Source: Chrysomallon squamiferum (lineage: Eukaryota; Animalia; Mollusca). Taken from it: a DNA stretch of 64,000 nucleotides. Each line of letters begins with the position of its first letter. Position 1 is the stretch's first letter. The notes under the pieces are model-generated. The model saw nothing but the letters and a program-made list of their open reading frames with translations, searched no databases and had not been told where the DNA came from. The DNA is taken from contig CM022672.1 in NCBI GenBank assembly GCA_012295275.1, positions 2,046,001 through 2,110,000 on the forward strand. The letters are read 5' to 3'. Shown one piece after another: positions 52,947-64,000 of the stretch. The position numbers and the translations under genes were made by a program.

Positions 52947-54739
52947 TATTCTGTTTGACAGCTAATAACTTTTACCATTAAAATACACTGAAGAGTAGTT
53001 TTGACATTTATTCACTCATTTTATGCTTCCCTTTTGAAACTTGAATAATATTTGTTCATGTTATTAATTAAAGAATCATTTGAAATTTTAATATTTTTCA
53101 TGCAATAAGTGGATATAGCCACTGAAAAATTTGTTCCTGTTAATTGCAGAAAGCAGATTTACCCCCCACAAAAAAAAAAATTCCCATTATACTGTGAGAA
53201 GTTGACAACCCCCCCAGAGACTCTCAAACTTTGTACCAGCCCTGTGTGTGTTGCTATCTGTGGGTCAGCAGAACGGCTGCTAGAACTGTCAATTCTGCTG
53301 GGAACTCTTCTGAATTATGCCCTGAAAGGGTTAAAACGTTATTGAAAATTTATGTATCTTTGATACCCAGGAAGTTGGATTATCTGTCTGAAACCAAAAC
53401 ACTTGTTTCTTCATTTTATTAACAGATTAATCTTGTTTCTTGGTTGAAAAAAGAAAAAAAAAAGAAAAAAAGTGATATATTTGTCTGTGCATTATCCAGA
53501 GCAATCAGACATAAATAATTTAATTTCTGTCATCATATCTCGAGAACAAATTATGTGAAATTAATATATTTAATTTGTTAAAAAGTGATATAGTGTGTCA
53601 CCATCCATGTGTGAAAAAAAATAGATAATATGTGGGGAATAAAAGATGGAAGGGAATCTTAGAGTTACTAAAGGTTGGATTGATGTCAACCACTTTCGAG
53701 TTTGTGGAAAAAAATTAATGTTCACACACTCATAGTTTAATATCAACTCACTGCCTAGGTAACATGTTAGCACAGATTTTCAAATAATGACAGCCACTGT
53801 GAAAAGATAATTTTAAAATTTTTGATAGCCAAGAAAAATTAAATTAACAATTAATCTGATTGTAATAATAAAAAAAAAATATATATTTTATTAAAATTAT
53901 CAGAGAGAGAGAGGTAAAAAAATGTTGCTGTAATCTGAAAATATAATTCTGTTTATTATATGGTTATTATCTGTTTAAAATGAATTGTAAAAACTTTAAA
54001 AAAATTAAAAAACAAAATGTATCTGTTCACTGTTGTTATTGGTGTTTTTTTTAACTTTATTTTATTAATGGTGACAAACTGTCATTAATCAGCTGAGTTA
54101 ATTATATGTTGCAAAATGAATTTTCAACCAATATGTAAACTGTGGTTCAAGTACTTTTCATCTATTTAAACAGACTACTCAAAACACAATAAATCTTCAG
54201 TGAGACGTTTCTAGTTTTTCAGTGAGAAAATTAACCACAGTTAGATTTATGAGTTCAGGGCACAGCTAGAGAATCAAACAAAATTAAAAAAAGAAACTAG
54301 ACAATCTAATTTAAAAAAAATTAAAAAAAAAGATCAGCAGAAATAGACAATCTAGCAAATAAAAACTGCTAATGTCACTAGATACTAAATCCACACATTA
54401 CCCTACAAATGACAAAAAGCAGCAAATGAAACTCTTCAATGAATAATTATTGTGTTGTTTTTTTACTAAAGATCTCATTTAGTAAATGATGGTTCAGAGA
54501 GCTGTTGAGAGTGATATACCAATAAACCTTCATCAGCTGTCACCCTGACAGTCACATCCTTTGCAATAAGGTTTCACTCAATGAGGAAAAAACTGGGCTC
54601 ACAAATCAAGCAGTGTCAACCTAGAAAAAGTAAAGCACAAATTAATTTGCACTTTTATAATAGATCTTGAAATGTTTTTTCAATCTCTCTCTGGTTCATT
54701 TGTCCTTAATTTCTTCTCTGTCTTTCTCTTTTGCTTTAT

Positions 54740-54742
<3 letters not shown>

Positions 54743-54800
<58 letters not shown>
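54743..54800. repeat. (CT)n microsatellite
   Basis: Direct reading. Confidence 0.97.
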
Positions 54801-54805
<5 letters not shown>

Positions 54806-55020
54806 TCTCTGTTTCCTTTTCTCTCACTTCATCCTTGTGTCTCTCTCCCTTTCTCTCTCCCTTTCTGTCTCTCATTCTCCCTTTCCTTCTGAGCTTATCT
54901 TGTCTGTCTGAATTTCTCTTTGCTAGTTAATTAAATAAAAATAAATTTATTTAAAAATTTCAATCAAATAATGAAACAAAACTTAAAAGGTAACAGTTTC
55001 AATAAATGTAAATACAGTAG

Positions 55021-55110
55021 AATAAAAATAAAAATAAAAATAAAAATAAAATAGAAATAAAAATAAAAATAAAGATAAAAATAACATTAAAATAAAACAA
55101 AATAAAATAG
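55021..55110. repeat. (AAAAAT/AAAAT)n repeat
   Basis: Direct reading. Confidence 0.85.
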
Positions 55111-55646
55111 AAGTTTAATGTTACCAAATAAATTAAAAAGTACTTAAATGAAGGAACAAGATGAAAACCAAAAAGTGTTCTCAATGATGAAAGTCATTTA
55201 GCTTTATTCTGGCTTACACCCGACAGACGGTATTAACACAGATTCAGCTGACTGACATAAACAGCATGCAAAAACCTCATCATTCAGTTTATTGTCTAAC
55301 AGCAAAATGTCATCGGCTCTGCATGATGATCAAGACAGGGCCATGATGTCTGGGTAATCTTCTTGTTTTTCTAGACTAATTACTTGTATGTAACTCAATC
55401 AGTTTTTATCAGATGTTTATAAAATGGAAGATGGCTATTCTTGAAAAATGACAGCCATGTTGAAGTAATTTCAGGTGATTAGGATACTTTTTTTTTATAA
55501 TAATAAATGGTATACTGAGAGTTGTCAAAGAATCTTCATGCTTTTAATTAATATTATTACAGTTTAAATGATTATAGTTATATATTATCCATTTCGCTGA
55601 TGTTTGTATGTGAATAAGTGTGTATAAATACAGATGCAGTTATGGC

Positions 55647-55686
55647 ATACATACATACATACATACATACATACATACATACATAC
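55647..55686. repeat. (CATA)n microsatellite
   Basis: Direct reading. Confidence 0.95.
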
Positions 55687-57444
55687 AGTCATTCACCTTC
55701 AAAACACACACAGCTGTCAACAAGAGACAATTCTAAGGAGCAAGTAAAAAATAAGCAACAGTCCAGCACAAAATAGTGTGTTCAAACCCAGAATGAAGCT
55801 TTTTAGCATACTGTTAGAACAAGAAAAGAAAAGGGCACTTTGCATATACTTACTTTAGATATCATTATACTATAATATGTCAGCTAATATAACCAGACAT
55901 CAGCTTTTATTTCTTTATCAGAAAAACTATTAATGTTTATTACCAAACAACCAGTCCAAACACAATTAATCTGTGCTGTTAACTTGTCAAAGAACTAGTA
56001 ATCATTATTATTTATATCAGGTGAGTCAGATATATTAGAAATCAACATTTGCAAATTCACATGATACTGTAATACAAATAATTAGGGCTGACATGACTAA
56101 ACTCTATGGCTTTTTTTCCACTGTTTTATTGCAATTTAATGGCAGGAACATATTGGTTAATACGTCACCCTGAGATCAAGACAAATTAAAAAGCAAAATT
56201 AAGTCATTAAAGACAAATGGCTAATATTCCATTTAGACTGGAACCAGTGGTTGGTTCTGGTTTTATTTCTTTCTGTGACAGACGGAGTGGTTTCAAGTTA
56301 CCGGTAAAATCTTTCAAGTAGGATTTCTTACAGTTTCACTTGTCATTAATTCAGATGCTGGTATCTTGAACTCAACTCCATTTGTCTGTTCCCAGCCAGT
56401 GAATGTCCCACTGTTGTGTCTTACTGAAAGGCTTGGTATATATATATATATGTTTTGCTGTCTATGGAAAGGTGTATATCAAACAGTCACTTTTTGCTGA
56501 AAAAGAGAAGCTGTAGGTTTCATGTCTGTAATCTTTATGTAACTTTACCACAGAGATTTGCATGAGTTTGTCATTAAATAGTTCTTCCTTCCTGTCTCTC
56601 TTTTTAAATTTAATTAAAATGAGAATATTATGTTAATAAAAATATAATTTAAATCAGAATAACATGTTAATTAAAAATAAATACTGGTCAACATAAGGCA
56701 TTCTGTTTATATTAAAATAAACGTATTTCAAAAAAATAAAAAAAAAAAAAAAAAAAAAGATTTGTGTCCTGGGGGCATAGATTACTTTAAAAAAATGTTA
56801 CTAATTAGATAAGTTTGTTTTGGATTTAGATGCTAAGCTTAGATTAGGTGAAACAAATTATTAAATATTCTGAAATTTGTTGTTAGGGCATGGACCTGAA
56901 GTATGTGAAGCCCTGGTTATATTTGCTGGTAAATAACTGGTTCACAAACAAGCTTAGAGCAACTTCTGCTGTACACTTTAATAAGGAGTAGTGGTTATTT
57001 AAAAAGTTAATATATATATCTTTTATGATAATTTTAATTAACCTATTTTATTAACAATTATAATTTTCATAATTATAAAGATATAGTCAGTAATTAATCT
57101 GCTGATACTAAATATTTTGAATAATGTCGTGTTTGCCTATTTTTTTCTTCATATTAATTTTTTATATATATAAAACTATTAAAGAAAAATAATAATAATA
57201 ATAATAATATGCCAGCTAATCTGCTGTTGTCAATAAAATGAATTGATGAAAAAAAAAAAAAAAATGAAGAAAATATTAAATTTCATCCATCTGCTGATGA
57301 TTGCAGAAAATGATTTTAATCCCTCTGTCAATAAGCATTTTCCAACTTCCACATCTAGAACTGTGGCAGATGTTAATGGAAATATGAGTTATAGGGTTAT
57401 AATGGCAATGTCTTTTCAAATCCGGTTTGCAGAAATAACATGAA

Positions 57445-57505
57445 AGGTAGGAAGAAATGTTTTATCTAATGACATACACAACACATTTTTAATCCACATT
57501 TACGG
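57445..57505 (-). mobile_element. SINE-like 3' tail fragment
   Basis: aggtaggaagaaatgttttatctaatgacatacacaacacatttt corresponds, in reverse, to the aaatgtattg..attaaaattcccttcttccttcc tail at 62478-62519. Confidence 0.5.
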
Positions 57506-58366
57506 GGTGCTTGATGTAAACGATTAGGGACTAAGTGGGTACAGTCGTAAGATATCAGCTTTATTCTGCGAAGGTCAGAAAGTCAAACTGCAATGAGGCT
57601 CTGCTGAGTTGTATTTGTCAATCAACCTGAGCAGGAAGAAACTGATATTTGAAGACAATAACTAGTTATTTTTTACCTTCCTGTAATCCTAAATGATACA
57701 AAAACTAAATGAAATGAACTGTTTTATTTCTTAAATCAAAGCTCTTGAGACTAGTTGACTGACAAATTGATTTCATTGTAACCTACCCAAACTGTACATC
57801 AAAATAAAATAGTTCTTAAACAGCAATACTTTATTTGTAATTTTTTAAATGAAAACCATTTTCAGAATGGTCTAATCTAGCAATTAAATAATAAAGAAGT
57901 AACTTTGAACAATAATTCACTGAAGTAAAAACAGTTCTGTTCCTAAAAGAATCTGATCACTAGGATGTTTGATCTTGGACCCAGCTATGTAAAGGAAATA
58001 CAAGTTGAAAACTTCTCAGATGTCATATGTGTTGCTCCTTCTCAAATAGGACAATAGCATCCCATTATGAATAATGACAGTAAAAATCTACATATTTGTA
58101 ATATAAATGCTTGTAACTCCACTACATAATTCATCATATTTCTATTGAGTTATGAAATTTAACCTAGAGGCATCATCAACTTTAAAATTTATTTGAAATA
58201 AGGCAGTTAAAAACGTAAGGTTAAAAAACATTGTTATGCACAATGCATGAGTGTTAATTTGAATGTACCCGAATTGTTTAAATCACTGCTGACTTTAAGA
58301 TAAGTATAAAGAAAAATAAATAAATAAAATTATCTTAATTGAGTTTCTGCTTCTTCCTGCCTCCAG

Positions 58367-58408
58367 TGCTTGATCAGCATGACATGCTCGTCTCTGTGAA
58401 CTGCAGAG
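58367..58408 (+). CDS. Candidate 42-nt frame-preserving micro-exon (xLDQHDMLVSVNCR), host gene unknown
   Basis: Branch-like tcttaat, strong acceptor tttctgcttcttcctgcctccag, donor GAG|gtaatt. Only the phase 1-1 frame is open. No homology recognised. Confidence 0.3.
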
Positions 58409-61400
58409 GTAATTGAAACAGCTGACAATGAGGATGATAAATCATTAACTTTGGAAAAGCTCTGCAACCACTTGTTCTTTGATTTAAAATCGGATTGAAT
58501 TTTAATCTGGGAAAAAGTTTATTTTGTTTCTCTTAAATTCTTAATTAAGAAGGGTAATTGGATGTTTGTTTCTGAACATCGCTGAGTTTGCTCTCTGTTA
58601 TTAGTATTATTTTTAGCATTTTTTTTTTTGTAAAATAATTTTGGTCTTTCTTGTTTTTTCTTCTTTAATTCAAAACACCACTGTTTGTTGTAGAAATCTT
58701 GTTTAAAGGTCAGTTCAGTATAATTAGAGTTTGGGTTTGGCTTACAGACATGCAAAGCATGTAAGTTGATTTAATTTAATTATTCACCAGTCTGTATTAG
58801 ATCACAATATTTATTTTAACTAAATTATGGACATCGTTAATGTCATAATTTAAAGGATGAAGACTGCATGCCAGCCATATTACATTTATTCAATAAACAG
58901 TCAGTTTTAACTCACACTCCTATAGCAAAAAGAATTTAAAAATTCCTGGAAGGAAAATGAAAGACTCCAATTTTGAATGTTGATTGTTTAGTTTTAATTC
59001 CAGTTGCTTACTTATAGCTGTTCTGTTACAGTGGTAAAAAATGTAATTATATGTTGAAGAATTTTATTTCTCTCCATCAGTCAGAAATTAAGAATCAGTC
59101 ATGGAGACCGTTAGCTAGTTTTAACATACCATATAGTTATTAATTTTTGAATTATAAATTAAATTCATATATAAATAAATTGCTTTTATATATATCTGAA
59201 TTTAGTTGCTGTTTAATATAATTTAATCTTTGACAGTTTAATATTATGTCTGTATGTATTGTATGTATGATTTAACATTAATAGCTATAATTATAATAAT
59301 TATAATTATTATTATTATAATACTTGTAAAAAAATGCAGATCTTTACAGTGAAGTAATACAAATGGTCAATTAAATAATTTGTGGTTCAGTGAATCAGAG
59401 TCCAAATTCAGTTTTAGTTCAAATATCATATCCTATCTTTGGGGGTGGGGTGTAAATTCTGTTTTGCCCCATCTTCTTCTCTCTCTCTCTCTACCTCCTC
59501 TTGGATTGATATTTCCCTTATGATAAATACTGGTCACTGATCAATATAGATACTTCTACCAATTGGTGATTCAGCTTTTTCCTAACCCAGTCTTGCTTTG
59601 TGTGAAAGAACACACAAAAGGCTGCCTTGCTGCAAACAGAAAAGTGTAGCATCTTCTTTATGATTATCAAGCATATGATGTCTGCTAACAATCTTTGCAA
59701 ACAGAACCCACACCCACACTTTTATTATTGGACAAAGTGCCACTGCAAAAACCGAAACAACAGTAGAACATTTCTAATACTGGTGAGAAAAAATAATAAT
59801 AAACATTTAAACCATTTTTTAGAAAATAAAAAATATCTTAGAATGATCTTAAACTGGGAAAGTAGTAATAAATAAATTTAATAACAAAAATATTCTTTTT
59901 AAAAAATTCAATTTTGCAAAAATTAATATTTGATTTTATGCTTGATTTGTTCATAACAATACATGGAGAGACACAACACAAATAGCCCCAGGTAATATTT
60001 CAGCTTTTACTCATTTGACAGAACAAGAACACTGACGTATGTTTGTTTTGTTACACAGAGAATGTCTAAAAAGCTCTGGCTATTGTCTATAATTCAATGG
60101 TAGATATACACAACAGAGTGCAGTATGTATGTATACCAGCTCTTATCATTAGTGCTTGCTAACACAAATACACCTGTGAATGTGTGTGATGTATTGTTGT
60201 TTAAAATAGCCCATGAACGGTGTTTTATAATTCTCAATTGTGTATTTTGTTTGAGGATGTGAATAACAGAAATCTAATGGACAGGAAGCTAGGAGTGGCT
60301 GTTATGTAAAGGAATCACTTAGTGAAACATTAAACAAGTTTTAAAAATATATAACTACAAGTTTCTGTTGGATCAGGTTTTTGAAACGTTTTAACCAGAA
60401 AACATTGAAAAAATAATTATGTATAGATGATATAATTCATTTCATGGTAATGTTTCTTTAAAATCCTGAGAAAGGTTGTAAGCTATATTGATCATAATAT
60501 ACTTTAGATAGAAAGTAATTCAGTTCAATTTTTTTTTTATGTAGAATATACAATCAGGCCTAGTACCAAAACATTTTGCATCCTAGGCATGGCCAACTAC
60601 TTGTATACCCCTCCCAGAAAAACCCTTGCCAATTTCCATTTTCAAAAATATGTTTTGTAGTAGATAAAAAAAAGCATAAAACTGCCACATTTATTTCATT
60701 TACCAGGACAAAAATACCATAAGATGCCGAAAGCATCAATATTAAAGACACAATATCCATTAATATGTTAGTGGCCCTGTTAACACACACATTTGTGCAA
60801 ATAGGCTTTCACTAAAAAAACATAAAATACAATACGTGGTATGGAAAATAAAGAGTGTGTGAATGGAAATTACAGATAAAACAAAACAGTTTTTGATTTC
60901 AGCAATCAGATTCAGACAGGCAAAATAAATTTTTCATATTTAAAACACAGAATATAAATTTATCACACTGATTATACTGCCAAATACACTATTATGAACA
61001 ATGACCTATTACCAAAATATTTTCATTTTATTATGTTTTTTCTTAATACGGGTCATTTCTTAAAACAATATACACTTGACATAGCATTTTCTTTGATTAA
61101 TTTACAAAAAATATATTAAATAATTTAAATTAATAATTCACTGTTAACAATTTTTTTTTTTTTTCTGTTACATCATTCTATTTATAAGTTTATGGAGATA
61201 TTTGAAAGCCTGTTGAGATAATAATTTATTGGTTATCATTTTCGTGTCAGATAATTTGTTTCATCACAATATTTACTTTATTGTATTAAGTACGAGAACT
61301 CCGGCCACATCAGACTGCTTGATAACACTGTTATATATGACAGATGGGTTAAATGATCTAATTTGATATTTGCTGTACGGCAGAGTTATCATTCTAAGTG

Positions 61401-61589
61401 AGACACATTGTCTCGGTGTCTCTCTTCAACCAGAGGTTCCAGCAGTCTGTGCTTCTGCCCCAGAGAGAGAGAGGATGTTAGTCAATTAGAAGAATTAGTT
61501 TAGAGGATTAGATCAATTTGTTAACACACTGAGATGTTTGCTCTGGACCAGTCCCACGAGACCCAAGTCATTACTGGACTCCAGGCCTG

Positions 61590-62280
61590 TGTGCCATACG
61601 AAGTTGTTAAATCAGTTCAGTGATGTAATAGAAAGTGTTTGGTTTAGCTCCATAACATTTCAGTTATTTCAGTTCTTTGTCCCATCAAGTCATCAGTACA
61701 GATTTGTCCTGAGTCACACAAAGTTCTTATTTCAGTTCCATGATAGTTTAGTTAATTCGGTCCTCTGTCACATAAAATTATTATTTCAGTTAATTCAGTC
61801 CTTTGTTGTGTGATAGTTATTATTTCGGTTCCTTGACGTTTCAGTTATTTCAGTTCTTTGTCACATCACGTCACCAATTCAGATTAGTCCTGTATCACAA
61901 AAAGTGTTAATTTCAGTTGTGTCACATTTCAGTTAATTCAGTCCTTTGTTACACAAAGTCATTAATTCAGTTCTGTGACATTTCAGTTAATTCAGTCCTT
62001 TGTTACATCAAGTCATCGATGCAGATCAGACCTGTTTCATGTAAATTATTTCGATTCTGTGAAACGTTTTATTTAATTCAGTACTGTGTTACACATACAG
62101 ATATTAATAAAAACTGGTCCTGTTACAGTCAGATCAAGTCATGATTTAAGTCAGTCCTCTGTCATATCATCTAATAAAATGTCAATCAGTTCTGTTTCCC
62201 AAAAGTCATTAAATCAGAAGTCATACTCTACATGAAATCACTGATTCAGATCAGTTCCATGGCTCATCAGATCATTTACT
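61590..62280. repeat. Degenerate minisatellite (tcagttaattcagtcctttgt.aca..aagtcatt units)
   Basis: The unit recurs more than 10 times, most clearly at 61785, 61927 and 61981. It explains ORFs 61538-61813 and 61917-62144. Confidence 0.75.
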
Positions 62281-62351
62281 TCTCTTAAGTGCTAAGACCT
62301 GCACTTTAAAGTAACTGTACTTCGGTTTATCTCTACTGTTTCATCACAGGA

Positions 62352-62519
62352 CATGGTATGTGCTTTCCTGTCTGTTCTGAAACATCGTTTGTGCTTAATA
62401 AATAAGAGAAATCCATGCATGGTCACAATATTATATTATAGTAAACCTCAGAATGATGCCTAACAACAGTTGATATTAAATGTATTGTTATTAAAATTCC
62501 CTTCTTCCTTCCTTTCTTC
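62352..62519 (+). mobile_element. Decayed SINE-like 3' half including (CCTT)-type tail
   Basis: catggtatgtgctttcctgtctgt ... gatgcctaacaacagttgatattaaatgtattg ... cccttcttccttcctttcttc. Confidence 0.6.
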
Positions 62520-64000
62520 ATTCCTGCAACATTCAAAGTCACGAGTATAATTCAGTTCAGTGACATATCAATCCGTTGAGGCAGTGTTATCTTCTGTTTC
62601 ATCAAGCCATTTATGAGAGGTCAATAATTTACCATGTCAGTCCACATTTCATCACATTCTTGAAGCTGATCAAACCTGACTCTTATCAGAAGGCTGAGGC
62701 CAATGTGTCCAGTGTCCCATCAAGAGATTCGGACTGATGTGTTCTTCAAACACAGCAACCTGAAGCACCTAGATAACCTTTGTCATGCTTTGTTTGGCCA
62801 AACTATTAAATCTGATCAAATATTCTTGGCCAGCTTAATAAATTCATAAAGATTTCATTATTCCATTTGCTTTCTCAATTTCAGCAACATAATTAAGTAA
62901 TGTATGTATCTTGTTTAGCGTCTCTTCATTGCTGACTATGAAAGAACATATAGATATGGACATTTTTCGTTTAATGGCTAAATCTTTGAATCATATAATA
63001 ATAATACAAATACAAAGAATATTGAATGAATATTTATTTAATGAGAGAAAACAGGATATTTTAAAAATATTATTAATGTATTAGGGTTACTCATACCATT
63101 CACCAGAATGGGATGTTTTACAGCATGATACATTATGAAGGAAAACACATGTCATCAACGTTTAGCAAATTTCATGTGATACTTCAAATAATGGCTAATA
63201 ATCCAAAACAAGTAACCAAATTATTACATAGGGAACACAGGCTCCAGCCATTAATAAACCTGTCAGAGAGCATTTTATGGATTCGATAAGAGCACACGTA
63301 GAATAAAATACAAGTTAACCAAATATTTCTTTTCATTTTGTTATTTTTCAGAACCTAATGAACCTTGTTTCTTACAAGATAAAATCTTTATGCCTCTTAC
63401 ATGCTGACGTCTTTATTAAACATGCAGTCATTATTCTTGTAAATTTTCAATACTTGACATTTTTTGTTAAAGAGCTCTCTTGAGTTTGACAAATCCCTAC
63501 TAAATCCAGGAAACTGATTAGTTCCTACATATCTGTCAGCTCACTAAGCAATTTGTTGACATCTGTCATTTCCTACAGATCAGTTTGAAAAAAGGAAACT
63601 AAGTCTATAGAGCATATTTTTTTGAAAAAAGCAACTAAATTTTAAAAACTTGTATCTTATGCATAATTCACAATTGGCTTTCAAAAATGTCATCATGACA
63701 GTAGATAAGATTCCACGGTTTTAAGTAGCAAGTTTATGTAATTTGTGAAAATCTGACCACTTGTGTAGTCCAACTGGACACTGTTCTGAAGATTTTTGAA
63801 AGCAGGTTTAATGTAATAACTCTATTATATCAGTTATTTTTCACACTTGGTTTCAAGAAGGTCATAATGACATTAGAACTGATTTCATATCTTTAGAGCT
63901 TTTGTTTGGTGTCATGTTGGTCTATGTAATTTGTCAAAATATATATATGTATATATTTGTTTCTAAGAAATTCACTCTTTGTACAAGAGCAACTAGAATT

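Noticed and set aside
53320-53334. piggyBac-like terminus (ctgaaagggTTAA)
   Set aside because: No matching opposite terminal repeat nearby and no transposase remnants.

Overview
This is very AT-rich (~30% GC by eye), CpG-poor, microsatellite-dense animal genomic DNA. It looks like a long intron or gene desert. I can recognise no protein-coding gene, rRNA, tRNA or known miRNA. The listed ORFs are short and mostly artefacts of simple repeats or AT-rich sequence. The window holds many decayed fragments of a tRNA-derived SINE-like family; from memory it resembles repeats of gastropod mollusc assemblies, but that assignment is unverified. It also holds more than 12 degenerate local tandem arrays, several built from SINE pieces, and scattered GC-richer islands carrying TALE (PBX-MEIS), bHLH-PAS and Smad-type motifs. 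The most unusual signal is a pair of ~85-nt CpG-retaining elements 32 kb apart (20167-20252 and 52067-52148). They share collinear sequence blocks and a hairpin-hairpin architecture, and each abuts a strand-biased low-complexity tract (a 155-nt AG-free U-rich tract on the minus strand, and a 10x ACTAAY array). Several low-confidence frame-preserving micro-exon candidates are also present.
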